Origin: an uncultured Thermoleophilia bacterium
GTDB lineage: Bacteria; Actinomycetota; Thermoleophilia; UBA2241
Assembly: GCA_963751215.1 (NCBI GenBank)
Contig: CAVVTV010000004.1
Coordinates: 329,226-393,225 of the forward strand
Direction of reading: 5' to 3'
DNA: 64,000 nt
The position numbers and the translations under genes are program-made. Positions 29,750 to 40,395 of this stretch are shown piece by piece (positions within the stretch are counted from its first letter, which is position 1; each line of letters begins with the position of its first letter). The notes under the pieces were generated by a model that saw only the letters and a list, made by a program, of their open reading frames with translations, did no database searches and was not told the DNA's origin.

Positions 29750-30717
29750 GCCTTCACCCGGGGGTCGAGGTAGTAGTACATGATGTCGGCGATCAGGTTG
29801 AAGAGGATCACGGCCACGCTGGCGAGCAGGAAGACCGCCTGCATCACGGGGTAGTCACGGGCCAGCATGGAGTTGTAGCTGAGCAGGCCGAGGCCAGGCC
29901 AGTTGAACACGGTCTCGACGAGGATCGCGCCCGAGAGCACGAAGCCGAAGTTCATCATGATCAGGGTCACGGAGGGCAGCATGGCGTTGGGCACCACGTG
30001 GTGCCACAGCACCTTGTTCTCGGAGAGGCCCTTGGCGCGCGCCGTGAGCGCATAGTCTTCGTTCATCACGCCGGTGATCGAGTTGCGCATGATGAGCACG
30101 TACTCGGCCGCATAGGTGATGGCGAACACGAAGGCCGGTAAGAAGAGGTGGTGCAGAAAGGCGCCGGCGTGGCCCAGGAAGCCGCTGTAGACGGCGCCCA
30201 CGTCGGCCATGCGGCCGGTGGGAAACCAGCCGAGCTTGACCGAGAAGTAGAGGATGAAGAGCATCGCCACCCAGAAGGTGGGCATGGAGTAGAAGACCAT
30301 GCTGAGGTTGGTGGCCGTGACGTCGAAGGCGTGGTTACGCCGCCAGCCGGCGATCACCCCGATGACGACGCCGATGATGGTGGCCAGCAGGGTGCCGATG
30401 CCGACCAGCACCAGGGTGGGCACCAAGGCGCGGCCCACGACCTGTATGACGGGCTGATGCTGGGCATAGGAGTCGCCGAAGTTGCCCTTCAGGGTGTCGA
30501 CCCAGTAGTAGCCGAACTGCTGCCAGAGCGGCTTGTCCAAGTGGAAGACCTTCATCTGCTTGGCCAGCGCCAGGGCCGAGTAGTGGCCCTTGGGCAGAAG
30601 CAGCCGCGCCGGGTTACCCGGCAGAATGCGAAAGAGCATGAAGTTGAAGCACGCCACCAGGATGATGGTGAACAGGGCGTTCAGGACCTTGCGAAGGAAG
30701 TAGCGGCGCTTATCCAC
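29746..30717 (-). CDS. oppB: Oligopeptide ABC permease
   Basis: LPGNP, EDYALTARAKGL, VETVFNWPGLG, RDYP. Confidence 0.9.
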   Translation of the reverse strand: MDKRRYFLRKVLNALFTIILVACFNFMLFRILPGNPARLLLPKGHYSALALAKQMKVFHLDKPLWQQFGYYWVDTLKGNFGDSYAQHQPVIQVVGRALVPTLVLVGIGTLLATIIGVVIGVIAGWRRNHAFDVTATNLSMVFYSMPTFWVAMLFILYFSVKLGWFPTGRMADVGAVYSGFLGHAGAFLHHLFLPAFVFAITYAAEYVLIMRNSITGVMNEDYALTARAKGLSENKVLWHHVVPNAMLPSVTLIMMNFGFVLSGAILVETVFNWPGLGLLSYNSMLARDYPVMQAVFLLASVAVILFNLIADIMYYYLDPRVKA

Positions 30718-30795
30718 GGCTTAGCCGGCGCCGTAGCGCGTCGCGAGAGAGCACGGGCGCACCGGCCACTGCCACGATGCGCCGGCGACGAACAC

Positions 30796-32661
30796 TCACA
30801 CTTCCTCCTCGACGTGCCGCGTGCGCCGCCGCAAGAGCAGAAACGCAGCACCCGCCACGACGATCACGACGACGACGATGGCTATCACACTAGAGCTTGA
30901 CCCGCCGGCGGACGTTGAGGCCACTTTCGGGGTCAGGTTGAGGTAGGACGCGTTGTTCCCCTCAATCTCCCATGCCCCACCGGTGCCGTTGAATTCCTGC
31001 GTCCAGCCGGTCCACTTGGCGGTGTTGATGGCCTCTAGATATGCCGGGTAGGTAAGCACAATCCAGGGCGACTGTTGGTACATAAGCTGCTGCATCTGCC
31101 AGACGATGGCTTTGCGTTGCTGCGGGTCGACGGCGCTCGCTTGCTCGACCGCCAGCTTGTCGTACTGGGCATCCGACCAGTAGGGCTCGTTGAGGTTGCC
31201 GATTTCCGATGTCGCCAGAGCATTCAACGTCTGGCCCGGGTCGAAATACCCAGTCCAGTCCCATACGACCAGGTCGAAGTTCGGCGCCCAGCTACTGCCA
31301 TGGGCGTTGTAGATATCTGAGGTGAGCGTGCCTGAATCGATCACCGAGAGTTTGATCTGAAGGCCGAGCTGCTGCAGCCAGCCAGCGATGAGTTTGGCAT
31401 CGGTTTGGGCCGGAGGGTCGTCCGTGGTCGCCTGCAGGCGCAAGACAACCGGCTTGCCCTGCTTGTTGAGGCGCACGCCGTTCTTCAAGGGATAGCCGGC
31501 GACCGTGAGCATCTGCCCGGCCTTGGCAAGATCGAAGCTGTAGGCCTCACCAGCTGGCGGCTGCCAGTGGTAGCTGGGACTGGCCCAGAAACCTGGCGGA
31601 ATGATCGTCGTGCCCGGCTGAGCTAGGCCCTCGTAGGCGACGCTAGCGAGTCTCTGCCTATCGATTGCATAGTTCAGTGCCTGGCGGAACTTGGGGTCGC
31701 GCAGCACGGGGTTGCCCAGCGAAGTCGGCTGGCCATAGCAGTTGAACTCTAGGTAGTCAAAGTCATAGAAGGGGTAGGCTATCGCTTTGATGCCCTTTGC
31801 TGACTGCAGCGACTTGAACTCGGCTTCGGGGATCCCCCAAGCCCCATCGAGGCGGCCGGCACGCAGGTCACTAACCATAGTGTCGGCGTTCTGGTAGGTC
31901 TCGAAGTAGATCTCGTCTATGGCTGGGCGCTTTCCGTAGTAGTAGGGGTTCCTGACCATCTCAATGTAGCTGCCCTTGACGTAGCTCACTGTCTCAAAGG
32001 GGCCGCTGCCGATGATCGGCGGCTTATCTCCGTAGCTTGTCGCTGCCGCGTTGGGCGAGACGCCCTTCCAGATATGCTCGGGCAGTATCGGAACCGAGTT
32101 GGTCTCCATGTAACCGGGAGCCATAGGATGGGCACAAGTGAACTGCACTGTAGTGGGATTCAGCGCCGTCACCTTCTCGATTCCCACCACGTAGTTGAGC
32201 AGGTTCGCCATCTGATTCTTGATGATGTAGTTGTAGGTGAACGCCACGTCCGCAGCGGTAAGCGGCACCCCGTCCTGGAACTTGACGCCGTTCTTGATGT
32301 GAATCGTCCAGGTCTTACCGTCGGCGGAGATGCCGCCATTCTGCTGTGTGGGGAACTCGCTTGCCAGATCAAGGGCAGGCTGATTGTGGTCGCCGCAGCC
32401 GAAAAGGAAGCTGTAGTTTAAGGCCCAGATCTCATAACTGGTGTTTTGATAGCCAATAAATACACTAAGGTTGTCGGGCTCCTGCGTCCATCCCAGCCTG
32501 AGCACCACTTGACCGGCAGCGGCGGATGGAGACGGGCTTGCGGCACGTGCGCCAGCCATTCCCCAGGTGAGACTCCCGGCAAGCACTAGGACGAGAACAG
32601 AGACGAGCACACGAGCCTTCGAAACCGCTGGTCGAGCGTTGCACACGTCAGCACTCCCCAC
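30796..32661 (-). CDS. Family 5 (OppA-like) solute-binding protein with C-terminal TM anchor
   Basis: DGKTWTIHIKNGVKFQDGVPLTAADVAFTY, IGSGPF; hydrophobic tail plus RRR. Confidence 0.9.
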   Translation of the reverse strand: MGSADVCNARPAVSKARVLVSVLVLVLAGSLTWGMAGARAASPSPSAAAGQVVLRLGWTQEPDNLSVFIGYQNTSYEIWALNYSFLFGCGDHNQPALDLASEFPTQQNGGISADGKTWTIHIKNGVKFQDGVPLTAADVAFTYNYIIKNQMANLLNYVVGIEKVTALNPTTVQFTCAHPMAPGYMETNSVPILPEHIWKGVSPNAAATSYGDKPPIIGSGPFETVSYVKGSYIEMVRNPYYYGKRPAIDEIYFETYQNADTMVSDLRAGRLDGAWGIPEAEFKSLQSAKGIKAIAYPFYDFDYLEFNCYGQPTSLGNPVLRDPKFRQALNYAIDRQRLASVAYEGLAQPGTTIIPPGFWASPSYHWQPPAGEAYSFDLAKAGQMLTVAGYPLKNGVRLNKQGKPVVLRLQATTDDPPAQTDAKLIAGWLQQLGLQIKLSVIDSGTLTSDIYNAHGSSWAPNFDLVVWDWTGYFDPGQTLNALATSEIGNLNEPYWSDAQYDKLAVEQASAVDPQQRKAIVWQMQQLMYQQSPWIVLTYPAYLEAINTAKWTGWTQEFNGTGGAWEIEGNNASYLNLTPKVASTSAGGSSSSVIAIVVVVIVVAGAAFLLLRRRTRHVEEEV

Positions 32662-32819
32662 TAAGGGACCCCCTGCGCGCTCTCTCGTGACGACGGCACT
32701 ACGCTTTCAGGCTAGCGTGCAGGCGAACGAATTGTCAACAAACTCCACAGCAATCATCAACTACTCGCAGCGCGGCACTTCGGATGTGCCGCAAAACGAT
32801 TCGTTGGTCAGCCGCGCAC

Positions 32820-32867
32820 TTGACAGCCACGGGCTGCACGCCTAGGTTTCGTTCGTCGGGACGAACG
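32820..32867 (+). promoter_or_regulatory. Principal-sigma promoter followed by a palindromic operator
   Basis: TTGACA-N17-TAGGTT, then CGTTCGTC-GG-GACGAACG at 32850-32867. Confidence 0.65.
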
Positions 32868-32989
32868 GAGCCCGGTGGCGCGGGCACGGTCTTGCCCCCG
32901 GCGAGCGGCGTGGGGTGTCTGGCCGGCGAGCCTGCAGACCCCGCAATCGCCGGCGAAGCGCACGGTCATGAGCGGAATCGGAGGTTCTG

Positions 32990-34840
32990 ATGGTATGCAG
33001 ACTCTCGCGTCACCACGGTCGCTGGCTGGGGCTGACCGTAGCCGCGCTGCTGCTGGCCGGCCTCTCGTGGGGAGCCACGACAGTGTTCGCGGCGAGCCCC
33101 GCACCGTCGCCCGGCGCCGGCAACACGACCCTCAAGATCGGCTGGACCGAGGAGCCCGACAACCTCAACGTGTTCATCGGCTACCAGAACACCACCTACG
33201 AGATCTGGGCCCTGAACTACGACACACTCTTCGGTGCCGGTGACCGCAATCAGCCAACGCTCAACCTGGCCGCGCAGTGGCCCACCAAGCAGAACGGCGG
33301 CATCTCGGCCGACGGCAAGATCTGGACGATCCACATCAGGAGCGGTGTGAAATTCCAGGACGGCACGCCGCTGACGGCCGCCGACGTGGCCTTCTCCTAC
33401 AACTACATCATCAAGAACAAGATGGCCAACTTGCTCAACTACGTGCAGGGAATCAAGACGGTCACCGCGCTCAACCCGACCACGGTGCAGTTCATCTGCA
33501 CGCACCCGATGGCCCTGGGCTACATGGAATCGTATTCGATCTACATCCTGCCCGAGCACATCTGGAAGAACGTCTCGCCGAACGCCGCCACCACCTCCTA
33601 CGGCAACAAGCCGCCGATCATCGGCAGCGGCCCTTACGAGACCGTCGCCTTCGTCAAGGGCAGTTACATCAAGATGGTCAGAAACCCCTACTACTGGGGC
33701 AAGAAACCGGCCGTCGGCACGATCTACTTCGAGACCTATCAGAACGCCGATACCATGGTCGCCGATCTGCGCGCCGGGCGGATCGACGGTGCCTGGGGCA
33801 TCCCGGTAGGAGAGTTCAAGCAACTGACCTCGGTCAAGGGCATCAACGCGATCGCCTACCCCTTCTATTCCTGGAGTTACCTCGAGTTCAACTGCTACGG
33901 CAAGTCGAGCTCGATGGGCAATCCCGTGCTGCGCGACCCTAAGTTCCGCCAGGCGATCAACTACGCGATCGACAAACAGCGTCTCGTCGATCTGGGCTAC
34001 AACGGGTATGCCTCGCCGGCGGCGACCATCATCAATCCCAACACCTGGGTCAACCCCGACTACCACTGGCAGCCGCCGGCCAGCGAGGCTTACACCTTCA
34101 ACATCGCCAAGGCCGGCCAGATGCTCACCGCCGCCGGCTACCCGCTCAAGAACGGCGTGCGTGTGAACAAGCAGGGCAAGCCCATCGTGTTGCGCCTGCA
34201 GGCCGCGGCCGACGACCCGCCGGGGCAGTCTCAGGCGAAGCTCATCACCGGCTGGCTGCAGCAGCTCGGCCTCAAGATCAAGCTCTCGGTGATCAACTCG
34301 GGCACCCTGACCTCGAACATCTACAACGAGCGCGGAAGCACCTGGGCGCCGAACTTCGACATGGTCGTGTGGTGGTGGACCGGCTACTTCGACCCCGGGC
34401 AGACCCTGAACGCGCTCATGACCTCCCAGATCGGCAACCTGAACGAGCCCTTCTGGTCGAACGCTGCCTACGACAGACTGGGCGCCGAGCAGGTGGCGGC
34501 CATCGACCCCACCCAGCGCCAGGCCCTCATCTGGCAGATGCAGCAGCTCATGTACCAGCAGTCGCCCTGGATTCCGCTGACCTACCTTGACAACCTCGAG
34601 GCCTACAACACGTCCAAGTGGAACGGATGGACGAGAGAGTTCGGAGGAAGCGGAGGTGCCTTCGAGCTCGAGGGCAACATTGCCACGTACCTCAATCTTC
34701 GTGCTAAGGTGGCGACAGCATCCACCGGCGGCGGCTCGGGCACGGTGCTGATCGTTGTCGTGGTGGTCGTGGTGATCGTCGTCGCCGGGGTCGCCCTCGT
34801 GGTGATGCGGAGGCGCCGGCAGGTGGAGGAGACAGACTGA
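32990..34840 (+). CDS. Family 5 (OppA-like) solute-binding protein with C-terminal TM anchor; paralog of 30796-32661
   Basis: GGAGG RBS; same motifs as the paralog along its whole length. Confidence 0.9.
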   Translation: MVCRLSRHHGRWLGLTVAALLLAGLSWGATTVFAASPAPSPGAGNTTLKIGWTEEPDNLNVFIGYQNTTYEIWALNYDTLFGAGDRNQPTLNLAAQWPTKQNGGISADGKIWTIHIRSGVKFQDGTPLTAADVAFSYNYIIKNKMANLLNYVQGIKTVTALNPTTVQFICTHPMALGYMESYSIYILPEHIWKNVSPNAATTSYGNKPPIIGSGPYETVAFVKGSYIKMVRNPYYWGKKPAVGTIYFETYQNADTMVADLRAGRIDGAWGIPVGEFKQLTSVKGINAIAYPFYSWSYLEFNCYGKSSSMGNPVLRDPKFRQAINYAIDKQRLVDLGYNGYASPAATIINPNTWVNPDYHWQPPASEAYTFNIAKAGQMLTAAGYPLKNGVRVNKQGKPIVLRLQAAADDPPGQSQAKLITGWLQQLGLKIKLSVINSGTLTSNIYNERGSTWAPNFDMVVWWWTGYFDPGQTLNALMTSQIGNLNEPFWSNAAYDRLGAEQVAAIDPTQRQALIWQMQQLMYQQSPWIPLTYLDNLEAYNTSKWNGWTREFGGSGGAFELEGNIATYLNLRAKVATASTGGGSGTVLIVVVVVVVIVVAGVALVVMRRRRQVEETD

Positions 34841-35031
34841 GGCACTCCGGGCGCATCATTCCCCCTGAGATTCCTCGCGGTTCCCGCGAGCGTCACGGGC
34901 CGACAAGACTGCGATCGCGCGTTTGAGCTGAGCAGTCCTGCCCCTCGAGGGCCAGGATTGTGGCGAGCTCCCCGAGCCCTCCTATCTGCTCTCGCGGGTC
35001 ACGAAGCGCACAGACCTGCGGCGCTCGCGCT

Positions 35032-37113
35032 CTAGACGAGGTCGCGCGGCTCCTCGTGGCGCCACGTGCGCGCGAACAGCTCGCGCTCGGCTCCCTCGAC
35101 ACCCTCGTAGACGGCGACCCGGTCTTCCACGAAGAAGGTGGACGCGTCACACCACATCGCCCCGTGCGTAACTATATGAAAGCGCCCCTGCTCGCCGCGC
35201 ACGAGCACCGACTCGATGTCTACGGTAACGCGCGCCGAAAGCGGCTCGCCCTCGCGCACGGCGTAGCTGACCTGGTTGTGCTCCTCGCTCTGCCAGCCGT
35301 TGGGGAGCACCACGTTGCCGCCGTCGACGTAGCGGTACGCCCACTCGACCCCGTCCTGTACCAGGTCGCGCACATACCGCCGCCCCCCGGGACCGCCGCC
35401 GACGGTGGTCGCGCCGAGTCCCTCGGGCACCAGCGGCGCCTCGAACGGCGGCAGATTCTGGTCTTCTTCGCGCGGTGGTCGCCGAGGCAGCTCAAGGGCG
35501 CTGCCCTCGCTCGCCACCGTGAGGGTGACCGGCTCCGGCGACGGCCATGCCCAGGGCCAGTACGTCGGCGAGAGCGCGAGACGCAAGCGATGGCCGGCCG
35601 CAAAGGCATAGGCGGTGGCGTCGAGCGCGATCTCGGCCGTGTACTGGCACCCCGGTTCAAGCCTGGTCGGCGTCTCGTGACTCTTCAGATGAGTGAGGTT
35701 AAAGATCTGCTGGGCGACGACGCGAGAGACACCATCCGCGGCCACATCGTCGAGGCGCGCCGCCACCAGCGCGAGGGGCCGGTTCGCGGCAAAGCGCAGG
35801 GTCAGCCTGGGATGGCCGAGGATCTCGAGGGGCTCGGCGAGTGGAGCCGACGTGAAGCAGAGCGACTGGCCCTCGGCGGCGCGTTGGTCAGGCGCGGCGT
35901 CGCTCGGCTGACCCTCGGCGCACCACGCCCCGGCGTCGGCGCCGCAGAGCTGCGAGCCCGTGATGCGCAGGCGGCCGGCGCCGTCGGCGCCGCAGGCCGC
36001 CGCCGCTTCAGCGCACTCGGGCTCGCCGCCGGCAGCGTCTCGCAACACTCCGTCGGCAGCAAGACGCCAGCGCGGGGCGCGCAGGCGTGGCGACGGCCAC
36101 CGCTCCTCGGCCACCCAGCGGCCGGGAATCTCGTCCGCCCACTGCGACGGCGGAGCGGCCTCCTGCATCCAGACGCGGAGCATCGGCTCGTCCATGATCC
36201 CCGTGTCGACGCCCTTGAGCCAGTGGTCCCACCAGCGGAGCGCCTCCTGAAGATAGCCGATCCGGGGACCAGGGGTCGCGAGGTGAGGGAAATCGTGTGG
36301 CCAGGGGCCGACAAGGCCTTTGCGCGGCCCCGGCAAACCCTCCAGCAGCCGCAGCACGGAGTTGGTGTAGCCATCGATCCAGCCGCCGATCGCATACACC
36401 GCGGCCTGAATTGCCCCGTAGTCCTCGCACACCGAGCCGTGCTTCCAGTAGCCATCGCGACGCTGGTGAGCAAGCCAGGTGTGGCTCCACGGCCGGTTGG
36501 CCGCGAGACGCTGGTCCCACAGCTCCCGCCAGCGGCCGCCCACCGCCGTCTCGTGCGGTGGCTCGCACTGCCAGTGCAGCATGCAGGTGCTCCAGTGAAG
36601 GAGATCGGTGGCAAGCAGGCAGCCGCCTTTGTAGTGCACGTCGTCGGCGTAGCGGTCGTCGGAGCTCATGAGGGCGATGACCGCCTTGAGCGCCGGCGGG
36701 CGACGGGCAGCCACCTGAAGGCTGTTGAACCCGCCCCACGAGATGCCGGTCATGCCCACGGCGCCGCTGCACCAGGGCTGCTCCGCGATCCAGGCGATGG
36801 CCTCGAGCAGATCGTCTTGCTCCTGCAGTGCGTACTCATCCTCGAGGATACCGTCGGACTCGCCGCTGCCGCGTAGATCGAGGCGCACGCACGCATAGCC
36901 GTGCGCCGCCCAGTAGGGATGAACGAGAACGTCGCGCATGACCGTTCCATCGCTGAGACGATAGGGCAACGCCTCGAGGATGGCGGGCACGGGCGCTACC
37001 TCGGCGTCAACCGGCAGCCAGATCCGGGCCGCCAGCCGCGCCCCGTTGCGCAGAGGCAGCCATGTGTAGTCGAGCCGTCGAATCTCACGCACGGCTTCCC
37101 GGTTCATGACCAT
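35032..37113 (-). CDS. CocE/NonD family serine hydrolase
   Basis: GGAGG RBS; DLRGSGESDG, GISWGG nucleophile elbow, GPWPH. Confidence 0.9.
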   Translation of the reverse strand: MVMNREAVREIRRLDYTWLPLRNGARLAARIWLPVDAEVAPVPAILEALPYRLSDGTVMRDVLVHPYWAAHGYACVRLDLRGSGESDGILEDEYALQEQDDLLEAIAWIAEQPWCSGAVGMTGISWGGFNSLQVAARRPPALKAVIALMSSDDRYADDVHYKGGCLLATDLLHWSTCMLHWQCEPPHETAVGGRWRELWDQRLAANRPWSHTWLAHQRRDGYWKHGSVCEDYGAIQAAVYAIGGWIDGYTNSVLRLLEGLPGPRKGLVGPWPHDFPHLATPGPRIGYLQEALRWWDHWLKGVDTGIMDEPMLRVWMQEAAPPSQWADEIPGRWVAEERWPSPRLRAPRWRLAADGVLRDAAGGEPECAEAAAACGADGAGRLRITGSQLCGADAGAWCAEGQPSDAAPDQRAAEGQSLCFTSAPLAEPLEILGHPRLTLRFAANRPLALVAARLDDVAADGVSRVVAQQIFNLTHLKSHETPTRLEPGCQYTAEIALDATAYAFAAGHRLRLALSPTYWPWAWPSPEPVTLTVASEGSALELPRRPPREEDQNLPPFEAPLVPEGLGATTVGGGPGGRRYVRDLVQDGVEWAYRYVDGGNVVLPNGWQSEEHNQVSYAVREGEPLSARVTVDIESVLVRGEQGRFHIVTHGAMWCDASTFFVEDRVAVYEGVEGAERELFARTWRHEEPRDLV

Positions 37114-37148
37114 CACTGACCTCCACAAGATCTGATCGCTCGCCGCTC

Positions 37149-37448
37149 CTAGCTCAGGCGCAGCACGCCGTGGAGCGTGGCGGGGTCTATGGTGCCGCCG
37201 GTGACCGGCAGCGGAATGGCGACGTTGGCCTCGCCCAGAGAGATAGTGCTCGGCTTGACCGGTATGACCACTCCGCCGGCGCCCCAGAGCTCGACGAAGG
37301 TCTGGGCCTGGTCGGTGGTGAGGATGCTGCTGCCGCCGGTGACGGTGACGGGGCTCTTGCCGCCCGCCGCGGCCGTCGTGATCAACACGAGAGCAAGCAA
37401 TGCGGCGCCTGCCGCAAGGATAATCAACGTAAGACGACGGCGTGCCAT
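37149..37448 (-). CDS. Secreted hypothetical protein, possibly truncated
   Basis: Signal peptide; ends abruptly after LPVTGGTIDPATLHGVLRLS. Confidence 0.55.
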   Translation of the reverse strand: MARRRLTLIILAAGAALLALVLITTAAAGGKSPVTVTGGSSILTTDQAQTFVELWGAGGVVIPVKPSTISLGEANVAIPLPVTGGTIDPATLHGVLRLS

Positions 37449-37544
37449 GGAACCCCCTCATAGAAGTGCCGATGCGGTTTCGGCCACTGTACCACTGGCC
37501 GGCGAACGCATCGTGCCGGATCGGGTCCGCCGCCGCGCTACGCT

Positions 37545-38978
37545 CTAGCCTCGTCGTGCCGGGTCATGACGGTGCTCCTCCCGTGGTCGCACCCTCCAGC
37601 CGCCGGCATGCTGTGCCGGTCGTGCGGCCGGGAGATTGACCGTGACGGCGAGGCCGCCGGAGGGCGCGTCAGCGAGCACCAACGACCCTCCGGACGCTTC
37701 GGCCAAGGCGCGCGCAATCGGCAGTCCGAGCCCGGTGCCGGGCTTGGCGTGATCCAATCGCCAGAAGCGTTCGAGGGCCTGCGCCTTCAGCTCGTCGCCG
37801 AGGCCGCGACCTTCGTCGGCGACGACGAGGCGGTGCGCGGCCTCGCCGCGGGCGACGGTCACCGACACGTGGGAGCTCGCCGGCGCAGCGGCGATCGCAT
37901 TGTCGATCAGGTTGTCTAGAATCTGCTCGACCCCGGCTGAGACGGCGCAGACGACCACGGAGTCACCGGGAGAGACGAGATCCAGCGCCACATCGGCCTC
38001 GTCGGCCATGGCCGACCACGTATCCACGCGGTCGCGGGCGAGCTTGACCAGATCGACCGGCCCAAGCTTCGCGGCTTCCTCGGCTCTCGCGAGCTCGAGG
38101 AGGTCTGCCACGAGGACGGCCAGCCTGTTCGTCTCCTCGATCGCGGCGTCGAGGTCTTCGGCGCCCTCCGACCCCGCAAGGCCGCTTTGCAGGTTCTCGA
38201 GGCGCAGCCTGAGAGCGGTGAGCGGAGTGCGCAGCTGATGCGAGGCGTCGGCCACAAAGGCTCTGTGCTCCGCCAGGAGCTGCCCCAGCCGCCGTGCCAT
38301 GGTGTTCATGGTCGCGCCCAGGGCGGCGAGCTCGGGAGGTGCGTCGCGATCCAGCTCGGCGGTCGTCAGATCGCCGGTGGCGAAGCGATCGGCCGCCTGG
38401 TGAAGCCTGCGGATAGGCCGGCTGACCGAGCGCGCGATGGCCCAGCCGATCCCGGCGATCACCGTGAGCACGACCGCGGCCACACCGGCGAGGCCAAGCC
38501 AGTAGCGATGCACGAGAGCGTTCACCGCGCTCGTATCGAGCGTGAGGCGCACGGCGCCGTGCACGGTGCCTCCCGAGGCAATAGGCACGGCCACATAGAG
38601 CAGGTCGGTATTGAGGGTGTTGGAGTGGCGCGTGCCCGCGGCGACGAGGCCCCTGAGCGCCTTGCGAAACTCGGCCCGCGACGAGAAGCCACGATGCGCG
38701 GGGCCCGAGGTGTCGATCAGAGAGAGACCGGCCTTGTCGACGATCACGACCCGGGCACCCGTGCGGGCCGTGTACCTGGACGCGTACGCCGAGTTGAGCT
38801 GATTCCCTTGCTCGAGGGCGTCTTCGTAGTAACTCGCCAGGGCGGTCGCGTCGCGTTCCACGTACACGCTCAGGCGGTCGGTCTCACGCTGCTGATAGAA
38901 GAAGGCCAGAGGCACCTCGAGGATGAGGAGCACGATGGCCGCGATGATGAGATAGCTCAGCAGGAGTCGTCTGGTCAC
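37545..38978 (-). CDS. Membrane sensor histidine kinase (HAMP, HisKA, HATPase)
   Basis: DASHQLRTPL, NLIDNA, DEGRG, GTGLGL; GTGA overlap with the regulator. Confidence 0.92.
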   Translation of the reverse strand: MTRRLLLSYLIIAAIVLLILEVPLAFFYQQRETDRLSVYVERDATALASYYEDALEQGNQLNSAYASRYTARTGARVVIVDKAGLSLIDTSGPAHRGFSSRAEFRKALRGLVAAGTRHSNTLNTDLLYVAVPIASGGTVHGAVRLTLDTSAVNALVHRYWLGLAGVAAVVLTVIAGIGWAIARSVSRPIRRLHQAADRFATGDLTTAELDRDAPPELAALGATMNTMARRLGQLLAEHRAFVADASHQLRTPLTALRLRLENLQSGLAGSEGAEDLDAAIEETNRLAVLVADLLELARAEEAAKLGPVDLVKLARDRVDTWSAMADEADVALDLVSPGDSVVVCAVSAGVEQILDNLIDNAIAAAPASSHVSVTVARGEAAHRLVVADEGRGLGDELKAQALERFWRLDHAKPGTGLGLPIARALAEASGGSLVLADAPSGGLAVTVNLPAARPAQHAGGWRVRPREEHRHDPARRG

Positions 38979-39646
38979 GGCGAGCCGGAACGGTCGACCA
39001 GTCGGAACCCGATGCCGCGCACGGTCTCGATCAGAGTGAAAGCGAGCTTCTTGCGCAGCGAGGCGACGTGCACGTCGAGCGTCTTCGTGGAGCCCCACCA
39101 GTTCTCGTCCCAAACCGCATCGATGATCTGCTCGCGCGTGTGAACCGTCTCCGGGTCGCGGGCGAGGTAGACCAGCAGATCATGCTCCTTGGGCGTCAAG
39201 GTCACATGCTGGCCGGCGAAGGTCACGATGCGGGTCCGGGTGTCGATGCGCAGCGGCCCCACGTCGATCTGCACGGGGAGCTCCGGTGCATGGCTGGCCG
39301 TCGTACGACGCAAGACGGCGCGAATGCGGGCCACGAGCTCGCGAAACCCGAACGGCTTTACCACGTAGTCGTCGGCGCCGAGCTCGAGCAGCGTCACGCG
39401 GTCGATCTCCGCGGCGCGCGCGGTCAGCACGATGATCGGCACGTTCGAGCGCTCGCGTAGTTCTCTACAGACCACCCGCCCGTCGAGATCGGGAAGGCCG
39501 AGGTCGAGCAGCACGAGATCGCACCCCGAGGCATTGAGCGCCGCGGCGCCGGTGGCGACCAGATCGACCTCGAAACCTTCGCGCTGCAGACCCGTGCGCA
39601 GAGGTTCGGCGATCGTAAGGTCGTCTTCTACGACAAGCAGGCGCAT
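38975..39646 (-). CDS. OmpR-family response regulator
   Basis: MRLLVVEDD, LLDLGLP, GADDYVVKPF, ETVRGIGFR. Confidence 0.93.
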   Translation of the reverse strand: MRLLVVEDDLTIAEPLRTGLQREGFEVDLVATGAAALNASGCDLVLLDLGLPDLDGRVVCRELRERSNVPIIVLTARAAEIDRVTLLELGADDYVVKPFGFRELVARIRAVLRRTTASHAPELPVQIDVGPLRIDTRTRIVTFAGQHVTLTPKEHDLLVYLARDPETVHTREQIIDAVWDENWWGSTKTLDVHVASLRKKLAFTLIETVRGIGFRLVDRSGSP

Positions 39647-39705
39647 GGTCACATGTTCGCATGAAATAGGCGCGGCAGCGCGCGCGGCGCCGGTTCGGCG
39701 TCGGT

Positions 39706-39723
39706 CTTTACCAAGACTTAACC
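39706..39723. promoter_or_regulatory. OmpR-type direct repeat
   Basis: CTTTACC and CTTAACC with 11-bp periodicity between the regulator and the divergent operon. Confidence 0.5.
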
Positions 39724-39807
39724 CTCCGCTGGGCGTGACTTGGCGTGCCGTTGCGTAGGGTGCGCGCCAGCACGTTGTCAACGCGTCGTTCGAGAGAGGA
39801 GCCGGAA

Positions 39808-40395
39808 ATGACGCATCGCGCCGCCCTGCTAGCCGCGGCCTCTATCGGCGTAGTGATCTTCGCCGCCGCCGTGGCCGTGGGCGCCAATCTGGGCATTCTC
39901 AACGCCGCCGACTCACAGCCCGTGGGCAAGCTGTCGGCCGTGAGCACCACCGAGGCGAGCGTACCGCCGCCGGCCGTAGGCCCCACGGTCGCCGCCGAAG
40001 CCACAGCCCCGCCGCCTCAAAAGTACCTCATCAAGAAGGCGGGCAAGCTCAGCGTCGCCGCCACGAAGGTCGGCCTGCGCCTGCAGGACGTGACCGCCAA
40101 GCGGGGTTGGCGATGGGCGCTGGCACAAACCAGCGACTCGCGCCTCACCGTTACGTTCCAGCACCGCTCGCAGACGTATACGTTCGTGGCCGTGCTCGCA
40201 CGGCACGGGATGATCGCCGCGCGAGTCGACCATCCCGTCACCAGGGCCGCGCCGTCGGCCCCGTCGGCGAGCCAAGTGGTCGTGGCGGCTACCCCGACGA
40301 CCGTCAGAGCAAGCGCGCCGCCGGTGGCCAGCACGCACTCCGGCCAATCAGGTCACGCAGAAGGCGGCTACGATGGAGGCAACGCCGATGACTGA
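39808..40395 (+). CDS. Exported hypothetical protein of the ApbE cluster
   Basis: GAGGAG RBS; N-terminal TM/signal; low-complexity tail. Confidence 0.7.
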   Translation: MTHRAALLAAASIGVVIFAAAVAVGANLGILNAADSQPVGKLSAVSTTEASVPPPAVGPTVAAEATAPPPQKYLIKKAGKLSVAATKVGLRLQDVTAKRGWRWALAQTSDSRLTVTFQHRSQTYTFVAVLARHGMIAARVDHPVTRAAPSAPSASQVVVAATPTTVRASAPPVASTHSGQSGHAEGGYDGGNADD

